DNA of 64,000 nt from an uncultured Verrucomicrobiae bacterium (GCA_963762565.1 CAVXLD010000012.1:352001-416000), one strand, 5' to 3'. Positions 38,448 through 49,637 are shown, numbered from the stretch's first letter. The notes: generated from the letters alone by a model not told the origin. Numbers and translations: made by a program.

Positions 38448-40376
38448 TCACTCACTCACGCTCGGCGAAGGCTGAGGCGATGGGTCTACTTTGGGCTCTT
38501 CGGGAAATTGTTTGGGCAAATCTGAAGCTCCAGGCCGAGGAGCAATTTGTTCTCGCTCCTGGAAATGCGGGGCTAGAAAGAAGAATCGGTTTTCAGGCGG
38601 TAGCGCTTCAATAGGTCCAGGCATTCGTCGGGTGATGACAAGACCCGCATCGTCTTTCAGCTTGTTGATACCATCGATGCTCCGCCTATAAGCGTCCTTC
38701 TGTTGCTCGAGCACGTCCGGAGGAACCGCGACACGCTTCCCGTTCACAACGAATCCTTGTACTTCTGCGCTCTCGCCAGTGATTGCCCGTAATGCCACCT
38801 TGCGTAATTGCGGATCGGGGTCCTGCTTTGCGATCGAGATCAAGAATTCTTTGGCGGTTTTTGAGTCGGTTGCACCTAATCCTCGCAAACACGCTGTCCT
38901 GACCGTCGCGCTGGTTGCGCTACGATAAATCGTGATTAGCTGGTTGATAGTCGCTTCATCGAGATGTCTGGCGAGTAACTCAATCGCCGCGGTCCGAATG
39001 GCATCCGATGTCTCGTGCAGTGCCAGATCGTTTAGTTTCTCCCTCACCCGCGGATCCGCTCCCCGTCTTGGTGTCATCCGATACAAAATGGTTAGGCGGA
39101 TTTGTTCGTCTTTACTTTGGTTGAACAGCGCGAGCAACGCGGCAGTAACGTCATTGCCCTCGTGGTCACACAGCGCAAACGTCGCTTCTTGGCGAACACT
39201 CGGATCAGGGTCATTCAATGCCGAACTGGTTAGGAGTGAAATAATCTCGGGGTCCAGCGAGGATCGAGTTATTTCCATGCCGTTAGGACCCACTATGGTT
39301 CCGGATTCATTTGCCTGCGCGCTCGGGGTCCACACTATGGCCGGCAACCAAACTAACCCGGCTACGCTGGCGCCCATCAGTCCGATGGCGGCGGCCATGA
39401 TGTTGCGCACCGACGGCCGGACATTCCGGTTACGGGTTCCGTCCAGAATTCGTGTCAGTCTCTGATACAACTGTTTTCCTTGACGGCTAACACCCGCTGC
39501 CAATAGAGACCGTTCTGTGGCTCCGTCTGCCAGGCGAGCCAGTAGGTGGGCATAACTCTTTGCTTGATGAGTCTCGCTCAATACCCGGTCGTCACAAGCC
39601 GCCTCTTGGTGTAGGTGCAAGATCCGGTTGGTAGCCCATAGAAAAGGGTTGATCGGAAAGGCCGCCAGCAATAGTTGCTGCAAGAAAGTCGACCAGTCGT
39701 CAAGCCGTTCCAGGTGGGCGATTTCATGGAGCAGCACATTCCGTTGCTCCATAGCAGAGAACTGCGATTGAAACCCTAACGGCAATAACACCGTTGCTGG
39801 CCAAAGACCGACTGCAACCGGTGAAGAAACTAGCGAGGATTCGGCGATAGTAATCCGCCGGGAGCTAAATACCTGTTCGGTCAGCGACACCGGCTGCGCG
39901 CTGCGGTGGAGCACTCGCAATCGATAGAGTGCGGCCAGCAACCGTACGCCGCAGACGAAACTGAGTAACGCCCAGCCGGCGAAGAGTAGGAGCAGCCAGT
40001 CGACATTCTCAAGCCAAGCTGGTTCCACGATTGGGGGCGCTTTTCGTTCCAAACTGATTGGCTCACGAATTAGCCGGCCCATGAGCGGTGCCGATGGAAG
40101 GTTGTTCACCGCGGCGTCCTTATTCGCTGCTTGAGCACTGTGGACTGCGGGGCTCGGTTGGCCAGGTTTGAGAACAACCAGCAAGGGTGTGCTGGCCAGA
40201 ATCACGAAGGTTAGTAACGACACCCAGTGCCGGGTCGTTGCGCTCCACCGGTCAGCACGAAAACAAAGCGGCAATAGAATTACAGCTCCGATGAAGATAG
40301 GTGCCGATAGAATCAGCCCGTTCAAAAGGTGAGCTGCCACGAGATCGGCAAAATCGGTGAGCGCAGGGATGCTCAT
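38448..40376 (-). CDS. BlaR1-type M56 metallopeptidase with C-terminal HEAT repeats
   Basis: LLHEIAHLERLD, EAACD, TMs, DPDPSVRQEA/DPDPQLRKVA repeats. Confidence 0.88.
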   Translation of the reverse strand: MSIPALTDFADLVAAHLLNGLILSAPIFIGAVILLPLCFRADRWSATTRHWVSLLTFVILASTPLLVVLKPGQPSPAVHSAQAANKDAAVNNLPSAPLMGRLIREPISLERKAPPIVEPAWLENVDWLLLLFAGWALLSFVCGVRLLAALYRLRVLHRSAQPVSLTEQVFSSRRITIAESSLVSSPVAVGLWPATVLLPLGFQSQFSAMEQRNVLLHEIAHLERLDDWSTFLQQLLLAAFPINPFLWATNRILHLHQEAACDDRVLSETHQAKSYAHLLARLADGATERSLLAAGVSRQGKQLYQRLTRILDGTRNRNVRPSVRNIMAAAIGLMGASVAGLVWLPAIVWTPSAQANESGTIVGPNGMEITRSSLDPEIISLLTSSALNDPDPSVRQEATFALCDHEGNDVTAALLALFNQSKDEQIRLTILYRMTPRRGADPRVREKLNDLALHETSDAIRTAAIELLARHLDEATINQLITIYRSATSATVRTACLRGLGATDSKTAKEFLISIAKQDPDPQLRKVALRAITGESAEVQGFVVNGKRVAVPPDVLEQQKDAYRRSIDGINKLKDDAGLVITRRMPGPIEALPPENRFFFLAPHFQEREQIAPRPGASDLPKQFPEEPKVDPSPQPSPSVSE

Positions 40377-40756
40377 GAGTTGTCTCCTTTTTTGATCAAT
40401 TCGCGAATTCGTTGAAGATCTTCCGCATCAAGTTTTTCTGTTTCCAAAACCCGTAACACCAGGAGCTCGGGTGAATTATCGAAAAAGCGGCTAAGAATAT
40501 GTTTTAAGACCTTTTTCTGAGCCTGGTTCTGGTCAACGACTGCATGGTAAACGTAGGCTTGACCCTCTTTCGTGTGGGTGGCGTAGCCTTTCTGTTCAAG
40601 GATTCTGAGCGTAGTCAACACCGTGCTGTAGCTAAGTCCCAGTTCTTTGGGTAGAGCATTCACAACATCGGACACGGTGGACGGACCGCGCTCCCAGAGC
40701 ACTTCCATGGGCCGCAACTCAGCGTCGGTTAAGGTAGGTGAAGTTCTCCGAGCCAT
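40373..40756 (-). CDS. BlaI/MecI/CopY family repressor
   Basis: LTDAEL..MEVLW, YSTVLTTLRILEQKG. Confidence 0.92.
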   Translation of the reverse strand: MARRTSPTLTDAELRPMEVLWERGPSTVSDVVNALPKELGLSYSTVLTTLRILEQKGYATHTKEGQAYVYHAVVDQNQAQKKVLKHILSRFFDNSPELLVLRVLETEKLDAEDLQRIRELIKKGDNS

Positions 40757-40758
40757 TT

Positions 40759-40821
40759 CTATTAAAGAATTAATAGGGTTTTAATCGGAACGATCGCGCC
40801 CGTCAACTAATTCTTTAATAG
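40759..40821. promoter_or_regulatory. Two putative BlaI-type operators around a TTGACG-N17-TAAAAC promoter (minus strand)
   Basis: ctattaaagaattaatag (40759-40776) and caactaattctttaatag (40804-40821; its reverse complement is 16/18 identical). Confidence 0.7.
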
Positions 40822-40874
40822 ATCGCAAAAAAAGGAGTTCACGAGGAGGTATCGTGTAAGCGCCGCGCCAGACT

Positions 40875-41151
40875 GGAGGGGAGCCGCTTTGGTGCGTGAC
40901 TGTCTGACCGCGCGTATTTATTCGAGCGCTGGTCCGGCCTGAGACATGTGCCAAGCAGGCGGCTCCCGGGAATGACCCAGTGATTCGCATTTCTATTGGT
41001 ATCGCTGAAAATGAACGAACAGAATCGCTGGGTAAGAACCTAACGCTGGATAATTCCCGGGAGCCGCCTGTTTTGCACCCGCCGAGGTCATCTCCACCTT
41101 TGGAAGAAATACGCGAGGTCTTAAGTCCACGCGCCAAAGCGGCTCCCCTCC
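40875..41151. repeat. REPIN/MITE-like element, family A
   Basis: Same outer and inner IRs as 2315-2525. Confidence 0.8.
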
Positions 41152-41201
41152 AGTGCCGAAAGCACGCTCCTTGAACTCCTCGTACTCCTTGAACTCCTTT
41201 T

Positions 41202-42245
41202 CTATAACCGTTCCAAAAACTCCAGGCCCTTCGCTTTGGGTGTGAGTCCCTTTTGGGCCAGCCACTCCGGATTATATAATCGCGAAACGTAACGTGACCC
41301 GGCATCGCATAGGATCGTCGCGATGACTTGCCCGCTTCCCCCTTCTTTTGCCAGCTTTACGGCGCCGCACACGTTGATTGCCGACGAGAGACTCAGAAAG
41401 AGACCTTCTGCGTGCAGCAAATGATAAAGCATCTCCACCGCCACATCGTCCGAGATACGATAAGCCTGATCGATCTTTACTCCCTCCAGGTTCTTCGTGA
41501 CGCGGCTCTGTCCGATTCCTTCCGCTACGGAGTCACCGTCGTTGATGTCGGTATGCCCGAACTTTACCCAGGACCAGATAGCGGCTCCATACGGATCCGC
41601 CGCCACAATCTGCACGTTCGGGTTCTGTTCTTTGAGAAAGAGGGCGACGCCGGCCAATGTGCCGCCAGTGCCGATGGAGGCAACAAAACCTGTGAGCCGA
41701 TGTTCAGTTTGCTCCCAGATTTCCGGGCCAGTCGAATGATAATGCGCCAGACGATTCGCCACATTATCGAATTGATTCGCCCAAAAACCTTTTGGGGTCT
41801 GTTCGGCAACGCGTTGGGAAACGCGAATGTAATTATCCGGATCTTTGTACGGCTTTTCCGGAACTGTTCTGACTTCAGCGCCCATGGCCCGCAAGCCTTC
41901 GATCTTTTCTTTGGATTGGGTTTCGGGGATGATGATCAACGTGCGATACCCCCGCGCGTTGCCTACGAGCGCCAACCCAATGCCGGTGTTCCCGGCGGTG
42001 CCCTCCACGATGACTCCTCCAGGCTCGAGCGCTCCCGAGACTTCACCATCGAGCACGATCCCCAAAGCTGCGCGATCCTTTACCGACCCGCCCGGGTTCG
42101 CGAACTCTGCCTTCCCCCAAATTTCGCATCCGGTGACTTCTGACAATTTGTGCAATCGAAGGAGCGGAGTTCGGCCGATGGTTTCGCAAAATCCATCCGT
42201 AACAAATCCGAAAGGCGCAGGTTTGGAGGATGCAAACGTGAGCAT
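41202..42245 (-). CDS. Cysteine synthase (PLP-dependent, CysK/CysM family)
   Basis: IGRTPL, KAEFANPGGSVKDR, EGTAGNTG, NQFDN, GTGGT. Confidence 0.92.
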   Translation of the reverse strand: MLTFASSKPAPFGFVTDGFCETIGRTPLLRLHKLSEVTGCEIWGKAEFANPGGSVKDRAALGIVLDGEVSGALEPGGVIVEGTAGNTGIGLALVGNARGYRTLIIIPETQSKEKIEGLRAMGAEVRTVPEKPYKDPDNYIRVSQRVAEQTPKGFWANQFDNVANRLAHYHSTGPEIWEQTEHRLTGFVASIGTGGTLAGVALFLKEQNPNVQIVAADPYGAAIWSWVKFGHTDINDGDSVAEGIGQSRVTKNLEGVKIDQAYRISDDVAVEMLYHLLHAEGLFLSLSSAINVCGAVKLAKEGGSGQVIATILCDAGSRYVSRLYNPEWLAQKGLTPKAKGLEFLERL

Positions 42246-42322
42246 GTATCAAATAGAGCCAAAGATGTGGCGCGGGAAAGCAAATCCGAATTCTATATCT
42301 ACTTTCGAATAAAGAGGCCGCC

Positions 42323-42865
42323 TTGACGATGGTTAACCCAAAATCCCTCTCCAAAAGAACGACGTTGAGGCTGAATCATCGGGCCATCGTGACCGGCCTG
42401 ATCATCCTCTTGTATGTGGTAGCATGTTGTTGTCCTGCGCTCAGGTTCGACAAGTATTATCCTGGCGATAACGCCCCTCAATTGAGCGAGACTTGGTTCG
42501 GCTGGACTGCTTTGTTGCTTGGCTGGCTCGGCATTCTGGTAGGGTCAGTGGGTTGGCTGGCAAACTTCCTACTTGGTTTAACCCTGATCTTTCTTTTGTC
42601 CGGTCTCCGTTGGGCGACTCTTATTTCAAGCGCGGTCACGGTTCTTGTCAGCCTGGACTTCTTTCCTTTGTTCTGGGCCAATATTCCAGCCGACGAAGGG
42701 GGCGTTGGGCGAGCGGTCCTACGCCCGCCGGAAGCAGGCGTCTGGCTTTGGTTCGCCAGTATTGCCGCCGCTTTCGCCGGCGCCTGGATTTTGTTCCTAG
42801 CGCCGAGAACGGAACCGCAGATGGAGGCAAAGAAAACACCTCAACCGCAGATGAACGCAGATTGA
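42323..42865 (+). CDS. Hypothetical membrane protein
   Basis: 180 aa, about four hydrophobic segments. Confidence 0.65.
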   Translation: MTMVNPKSLSKRTTLRLNHRAIVTGLIILLYVVACCCPALRFDKYYPGDNAPQLSETWFGWTALLLGWLGILVGSVGWLANFLLGLTLIFLLSGLRWATLISSAVTVLVSLDFFPLFWANIPADEGGVGRAVLRPPEAGVWLWFASIAAAFAGAWILFLAPRTEPQMEAKKTPQPQMNAD

Positions 42866-43070
42866 CGCAGATTGAATACAGGCCTGCCGAATCAACGACT
42901 ACAGATCAACCGCGAATGGACACGAATGGACGCGAATGTTTAGGCGAGGGGATGCATTGCGTTTGTTCGTAACGCCTTTATCTGTAAATCTGCGTTGATC
43001 TGCGGTTAAGGGTTTTTATTCGTGTTAATTCGTGTCCATTCGCGGTTAAGGTCAGTATCCATTCGCGGTT
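42843..43070. repeat. Nested inverted 9-mer micro-repeats (CGCAGATGA / CGCGAATGG)
   Basis: aaccgcagatgaacgcagattgacgcagat, aaccgcgaatggacacgaatggacgcgaat and their complements; also 50033-50256 and 55785-56082. Confidence 0.85.
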
Positions 43071-43838
<768 letters not shown>

Positions 43839-43865
43839 GACGGTAGGATGAGCCGCCGAACGCCT

Positions 43866-44062
43866 GGAGGGGAGCCGCTTTGTAGGTTGGCAGTTCTGTG
43901 AGTATCTAGCAGGCGGCTCCCGAGAATTACACAGCGTGTTCACTTCGGTGCAGGTGTTGCTCAAAAAATCCGATTTTATGGGCTGGCTTGTTCGGGGGTA
44001 ATTCCCGGGAGCCGCCTGCTAGATACCGATAGAACTGCCAAGCGACAAAGCGGCTCCCCTCC
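43866..44062. repeat. REPIN/MITE-like element, family A
   Basis: Same outer and inner IRs; lies between convergent genes. Confidence 0.8.
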
Positions 44063-44090
44063 AAATGATGTCGGCGGCTCCTTATCCCTG

Positions 44091-46265
44091 CTACGAAAAC
44101 AGTTCGCCGAGAAACTGCCGGAATGCCGCTGGATCGGGGATTCTGAACCGGGCCTGAGTTGGGCCCGATCCGACCTTGATCGTTAGCAACCGCGGCAGCC
44201 TGAGCTCGAACATCCCTTCATCAGTCAGGTCATCGCCGGCGCAGATGGCGAGTCCATAATCAGGCAATTTCTCGAGTACCCGCGCAACGGCTGCCCCTTT
44301 GTTAATCTCCGCTGCATTCACTTCTACCATCTTCTTACCATGCCGTACCTTAATTGGTTCGTTGGCGGCCAGTGCCGAGAGTTCCTGGGTTAGACGATTC
44401 GCTTTCCATCCGCCGAATTCTTCGTCCGCTCTGCGATAGTGCCAGACGATTGCCGAGGGTTTCTCTTCAACCATGCTTCCCGGTGTGGCTTGTTCGTAGA
44501 CTCGCAAGATCGGAAGCAGTTTGTCCTTCCAAGTGTACTTCAAATTATGATCGGCTCTTTCCCAGGTTTTCTTTCCCACCTGTCGCCAACTGGCTCCGTG
44601 CTCGGCAATAAGTCGAAAAGAAAAGCCGCCAAAAAAGCTTTCTAAATCGGTTTCGGATCGCCCGCTCAAAATCGTGACGTCCAAATTTGGCTGTTGTTCG
44701 AGCTGGCGCAGCAAGGTTTCGATAGCTGGATTTGGCGTTGCCGCGCTGGGCTCGACCTCGATTTCACGCAAAGTGCCGTCGTAATCCAGGAAGAGGGCAA
44801 TTTTCTCGTCGCTTTGAATTGCCCGTCTGATCTGATCGCTCGCTTCTTTAATGTTGGCTTTTCCCGTTCCGGTGTCACCAGCCGAATCCGATGCCAGGTC
44901 CTCGATAAAAGAACGGGCCCAGTGCTGGGCGTCATAACGGATCACGCGTTCTCGCATCGCCTGAATGCCGGTTCTCCTTTGCTCGACCGGCGTGCCTAAC
45001 GCATCGATTAACGTTGCTGCTACCGCGTCGGAATCATACGGATTGACAAAGAGGGCGTTGAAAAGCTCTTCGGCGGCGCCGGCAAATTCGCTTAAGATGA
45101 GGAGCCCGGCGTTCTCGCGTTGGCAGGCAATAAATTCTTTAGCCACCAGATTCATACCGTCGATCAGCGGTGTCACTAAGGCCACATCCGCCAAAGCATA
45201 CAACGCGCACAGGTCGACAAAGGGAATCGAGCCATGAATGAAATGAATCGGGCTATTCAGTAGGGTCGCATACTTCCCATTTAGCTGGCCGATCCTCGAT
45301 TCGACTTCCTCCAGCAAATGTTGATACTCTTCGATCCCTTCGCGCGACGGCACGCTGACAAAGATGAAACGAATGTTATCAATTTGTTTCCACCTGGTTA
45401 GGAAATCATCGATCGCCTCGAGCCGATGTAGAATTCCCTTTGTGTAATCCATCCGTTCTACAGAGACGACCAGGCGTTTCCCCTCGTGTGCCCGGCGAAA
45501 CTCGTCTCGGCGTTTTCTGAATTCTTCCGAATCCATCGTTTCCTCAAACTTCGGCGCATTGATGCCGATTGGATAAACGCCGAGCGCTGTAGTGTGCCCA
45601 TCGCTTGAAATTTGGGTAAGCTTTGTCTCGATCCGCAAGAGCCGCCGGACCGCGCCGCTGAAGTGCCTGAGATAGTTGAAAGCGTGAAAGCCGATACGAT
45701 TTGCACCGAGCATTCCCGCAGCCAATTCGCGACACCGAGGATGGAATCGAAAAACCTGCGGCGCCGGAAACGGTGTGTGCAAAAAGAAACCGATCCTGAG
45801 GTTTGGCGCCTCCGCTCGCAAAATGGCGGGGAGTAGCATCAATTGATAGTCGTGCACCCAGACCAGGTCACCATCCTTGGCGACGTCTAGCACTTTGTTA
45901 GCAAAAGTCTGATTGACCTTCCGGTAGTCCTCCCACCACTCCGGTTCGTACCGCAGATAGTTAGGCAAATAGTGCAGCAAAGGCCAGATGCTGGAATTTG
46001 AAAACCCTTCGTAAAACCCCGCTGCCTCCTCTTTACCGAGAAAAACCGGAATACACCCATATTCGTCAGCGAGCTTACGTCCGATTTGCTTCTGCTCTTT
46101 TTTATCTGGGATTTCTGCTCCGGGCCAGCCGATCCATTTTTGTTCGTAGTGCCCTTTTGGCAGCCCTTCCAATGCTGCCACCAATCCGCCGGATGATTTG
46201 GTCATCTCGCCGTTTTTCACCGCAACCGGCAGCCGGTTAGAAACATTGATTAGGGTATTTGACAT
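44091..46265 (-). CDS. Bifunctional trehalose-6-phosphate synthase/phosphatase
   Basis: VSNRLP, SGGLV, WVHDYQL, FFLHTPFP, DGMNLVAKEF, HAD motif FLDYDGTL, GDDLTDE. Confidence 0.95.
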   Translation of the reverse strand: MSNTLINVSNRLPVAVKNGEMTKSSGGLVAALEGLPKGHYEQKWIGWPGAEIPDKKEQKQIGRKLADEYGCIPVFLGKEEAAGFYEGFSNSSIWPLLHYLPNYLRYEPEWWEDYRKVNQTFANKVLDVAKDGDLVWVHDYQLMLLPAILRAEAPNLRIGFFLHTPFPAPQVFRFHPRCRELAAGMLGANRIGFHAFNYLRHFSGAVRRLLRIETKLTQISSDGHTTALGVYPIGINAPKFEETMDSEEFRKRRDEFRRAHEGKRLVVSVERMDYTKGILHRLEAIDDFLTRWKQIDNIRFIFVSVPSREGIEEYQHLLEEVESRIGQLNGKYATLLNSPIHFIHGSIPFVDLCALYALADVALVTPLIDGMNLVAKEFIACQRENAGLLILSEFAGAAEELFNALFVNPYDSDAVAATLIDALGTPVEQRRTGIQAMRERVIRYDAQHWARSFIEDLASDSAGDTGTGKANIKEASDQIRRAIQSDEKIALFLDYDGTLREIEVEPSAATPNPAIETLLRQLEQQPNLDVTILSGRSETDLESFFGGFSFRLIAEHGASWRQVGKKTWERADHNLKYTWKDKLLPILRVYEQATPGSMVEEKPSAIVWHYRRADEEFGGWKANRLTQELSALAANEPIKVRHGKKMVEVNAAEINKGAAVARVLEKLPDYGLAICAGDDLTDEGMFELRLPRLLTIKVGSGPTQARFRIPDPAAFRQFLGELFS

Positions 46266-46512
46266 CTACACAATAGATCGTGTCTGGGCGGCTAATTAGT
46301 TTGCCGAGAGCGCGTTTTCCCGACGAGTGGGCGCTGGGCCATTGCTCACTCGTTACGTAATTCGGATGCATGCGTGTTTATTCGTGGTTCCTCTATCTGC
46401 GTAAATCTGCGTTCATCCACTTTCGCTACGCTACGGCGCGACAGGTCTGCGGTTGAGTTTTGTATCCCGCGTGCCTTGAACTCCTCGTACTCCTTGAACT
46501 TCTTGAACTCCT

Positions 46513-47493
46513 TTATTTTCCCGTCAAAGTCGCGACTCTGTCCACATTCTCCGGGGTAACAAAGCTTGGTCCGGTCAATAATAAGTCGTTTTGGGGTATG
46601 GCGCCGTGTTTCGCGTAGTTGGCCAGAAAGATTACCGGGAGATATCCTTGCAGCCATTGTTGCTGGTCGACGGCAAAGCTCATCTGCCCTTTAGATAATG
46701 CCTGAATTACTTCCGTCGAGATATCGAACGTGCAGAGCTTGATCTTACCAAGTTCACCCATCTCGCCGAGTGCTTGCAGGGTTGGCTCAGCGACGACCGG
46801 TCCCAGTGCTAAGATTCCGTCGATTTCCGGATGTTGTGTCAGGTAGGCAATCACCGCGTCGCGGCATTCCTCGGACTTGATAGTCACCGCCACCACCTGC
46901 ACATGATGGAAAGGACCTTCAAAGCCGTCTTTGAACCCTTTAATTCTTTGGTCAAGACCAGCATTGCCGGTTTCCTGGTTGAGAATCATGACCTCGGTTA
47001 CGCCGATATCCTTCATTCTCTCACCGGCCGCTTTCCCGGCAGATTCTTCTTCCTGGCCAATATGCATCATGCATCCAAGCTCCCGAGACACCTTTAGGCC
47101 TGAGTTTATCGAAATCACCGGAATCTTGGCCTTTACTGCAGCTTGAATCGATTTGCCTAGTACATCGGCGTCCGGGATGGAAACGATCAGACCATCGGGC
47201 TTCGATGCGACTGCCGCATCGATCAGATGCGACATTTCCACCAAATCGAATTTTGCTGGAGACTGATATTCTAGTTCAGAATCTGTCTCCTTTGCGGCAG
47301 TCTCCGCACCTCGGCGGACAACAGTCCAAAAAGGGTCGCCGGCCTGACCATGAGTGATAAAAGCAATTCTGGGCTGCTTTTGAGCCAACCCGGTCAAGGG
47401 AACAAGCCAACCGGCTGCGAACAGGAACCAAGCTGCGAGCCGAACTCGCCTGAGCGTCGTCCGGAATGACAAATTACAGATGACAGATGACAA
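46513..47493 (-). CDS. Sugar ABC transporter substrate-binding protein (true start probably slightly downstream)
   Basis: THGQAGDPFWTVV, DAAVASKPDG, AVDQQQWLQGY. Confidence 0.85.
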   Translation of the reverse strand: MSSVICNLSFRTTLRRVRLAAWFLFAAGWLVPLTGLAQKQPRIAFITHGQAGDPFWTVVRRGAETAAKETDSELEYQSPAKFDLVEMSHLIDAAVASKPDGLIVSIPDADVLGKSIQAAVKAKIPVISINSGLKVSRELGCMMHIGQEEESAGKAAGERMKDIGVTEVMILNQETGNAGLDQRIKGFKDGFEGPFHHVQVVAVTIKSEECRDAVIAYLTQHPEIDGILALGPVVAEPTLQALGEMGELGKIKLCTFDISTEVIQALSKGQMSFAVDQQQWLQGYLPVIFLANYAKHGAIPQNDLLLTGPSFVTPENVDRVATLTGK

Positions 47494-47670
47494 ATTGGGG
47501 AAAATCGTAAGCCGCGCCTGTCCGCTTCGTTATAACTCATCTGTCATTTGTCATTTGTCATCTGTCATTGAAACGAGCGTCTATTTGGCTCGTCCTCGCG
47601 CTGGAAAGAATATCATGGGATCTTTAAGGCACGACCCAAAGCGGCTCCCCTCCAGTTAGACGTTTGCCCT

Positions 47671-49476
47671 ATGGATCAACCCCAGCCACAGAAACCTCAG
47701 CGATACCCGACGCCTTTAACTCAGCGGTTGCTGAAAGTGAAGGTCTGGTTCGTTGACCGCTTCCACCTTCGTGAACGGCAGCTCATGTTGGTATGGGCGG
47801 CGTTGATTGGCCTACTGGGCGCGATTGCGGCTGAATGTTTTCGCCGAGCCAGCGATATCGTTCACTTTCTGGCAACCGGTAACGACATGGAAATCATTTC
47901 CTCATTTTCCCAGCTGCCGCTTTGGCAAAAACTCGCGGTGCCGGCGGCTGGTGGATTCCTGGCTGGGTTGACCCTGTGGATCGGTAATCGTTTTACGATG
48001 CGCCTCCGTCAGAAAACCACGACGGACTACATGGAGGCGATCGTGGTAGGAAATGGCAACATTTCGCTACCGGCGAGCCTGGTGAAGAGTATCTCCGCTC
48101 TTTTTTCGATCAGCACCGGGGCATCGATTGGACGGGAGGGACCATTGGTTCAGCTCTCGTCCCTAGTCGCCTCGTTAGTAGGTCGAGCTCGAAGCTTTCC
48201 GGTTGCGCAACGGCGTCAATTGGTGGCCTGCGGCGCGGCGGCAGGGATCGCTAGCGCCTATAACGCGCCGATTGCCGGATCTTTTTTTGTGGCAGAAATC
48301 ATTTTAGGAACTGTCGCTGTAGAAACGTTGGGACCGCTCATTCTAGCGGCGGTGGTGGCAGCCTTCACCGCGCAACTTTTGCATGGCGGCGGCCCTATCT
48401 ACAAATCTCCGGGGTTCGCGTTGCATAGTTATTGGGAGATTCTTTTTCTCTCCTTTATGGGATTGGTTTCAGGGTTGTTAGCTCCAGTCTATCTTTTCTT
48501 TTTACGGACCATCGAGCGGCTCTTTTCCAAACTGACGATCGGTCCGCCGGCAAAGCTTGCGCTCGGCGGCGGCATCGTCGGCTTGCTAGCCATGATTAGT
48601 CCTGACGTTTGCGGCAATGGCCAAGGTCTGCTCAATACGCTGTTTAACCAGAATTGGTTCTCCAATGAAATTCTAGCGATTCTGTTGCTGAAAGTCGTGG
48701 CAACGGCGGCAGTATTTGGCTCCGGTGCGGTCGGCGGGGTTTTCACACCCACCCTTTTCATCGGCGCCGCCCTGGGAATGTTGTACGGCCGAACCTTGCT
48801 TTTACTCTTCCCCAGCTTCCACCTCGATCCCGGTATGTATGGCATTGTCGGCATGGGTTCTTTCATCGCTGCTACTACCGGTGCACCACTGATGTCGATT
48901 CTCATGGGGTTTGAACTAACTCTCGATTACACCTTGGCGCCGTTGCTCATGGTGACTTGTGTTATCGCTTATTACTGCAGCAGCATCTTCGAAAAGCGGT
49001 TTATCTATGGTGAATCTCTCGAACGCAAAGGAGCGTCGTTTTTCAATCAACAATTGGCCGAAGCCAAAATTGAGGATCTCATTCAGCCTGACCCCATCAC
49101 ACTCCCCGGTAAGGCCACTTTTGCTGAAATCGCCAAGACCTTTGTGCAGCAACCGCTACAGCACCTCTACATCGTTGGACAAAACAACCGGTTTCTAGGC
49201 GCCGTCTCTCTGCATGATATCAAGGAGTACCTGGATCGGCCTGAGCTGGCCACTATGTTCATTGCGACCGACCTCATGAACGAAGATTTTCCTAGGATCT
49301 CGCGTTTTCAAGGGATGGGCGACGCTTTCGAGAAATTCTCTGAGGTCCGCTCCGAGCGACTTCCGGTAGTTGACGATCTGGATTCCTGTCGCCTGATCGG
49401 CAGTATCTCCAAGACGGACATCATGATGTATCTGGCCGGGAAACAGAAATTAAAGGAGCCAGGAGCTAGAATCTAG
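47671..49476 (+). CDS. ClcB-like ClC chloride channel with CBS domains
   Basis: GASIGREGP, YNAPIAG, GGVFTPTL, C-terminal CBS pair. Confidence 0.92.
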   Translation: MDQPQPQKPQRYPTPLTQRLLKVKVWFVDRFHLRERQLMLVWAALIGLLGAIAAECFRRASDIVHFLATGNDMEIISSFSQLPLWQKLAVPAAGGFLAGLTLWIGNRFTMRLRQKTTTDYMEAIVVGNGNISLPASLVKSISALFSISTGASIGREGPLVQLSSLVASLVGRARSFPVAQRRQLVACGAAAGIASAYNAPIAGSFFVAEIILGTVAVETLGPLILAAVVAAFTAQLLHGGGPIYKSPGFALHSYWEILFLSFMGLVSGLLAPVYLFFLRTIERLFSKLTIGPPAKLALGGGIVGLLAMISPDVCGNGQGLLNTLFNQNWFSNEILAILLLKVVATAAVFGSGAVGGVFTPTLFIGAALGMLYGRTLLLLFPSFHLDPGMYGIVGMGSFIAATTGAPLMSILMGFELTLDYTLAPLLMVTCVIAYYCSSIFEKRFIYGESLERKGASFFNQQLAEAKIEDLIQPDPITLPGKATFAEIAKTFVQQPLQHLYIVGQNNRFLGAVSLHDIKEYLDRPELATMFIATDLMNEDFPRISRFQGMGDAFEKFSEVRSERLPVVDDLDSCRLIGSISKTDIMMYLAGKQKLKEPGARI

Positions 49477-49637
49477 GAGCTAAGAGACGCGCGCCACGTG
49501 GGTCGTACTCGTCCTCGTCCTCGATTCAGGCTCCTGGGTTGCGCCGAGATCCCACCCTGACTCAATCGCCAGGCGAATCCGATTCGTCGTGGTGATTACC
49601 GCGCTCCAAATCGAGCGCGAGTACGATTCACGCGCCG

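Noticed and set aside
40781..41305. Short ORFs over repeat-rich spacers (also 3779-3994, 46346-46657, 55767-56000, 57030-57429, 57953-58324) and antisense shadow ORFs
   Set aside because: They are translations of palindromic repeats or opposite strands of real genes, with no protein-family motifs.
47671..49476. ClC protein as a fluoride exporter (CLC-F/EriC-F) belonging to the fluoride regulon
   Set aside because: It has GREGP and GVFTP rather than the CLC-F signatures GREGT and GEVTP, no upstream riboswitch, and lies over 30 kb away.
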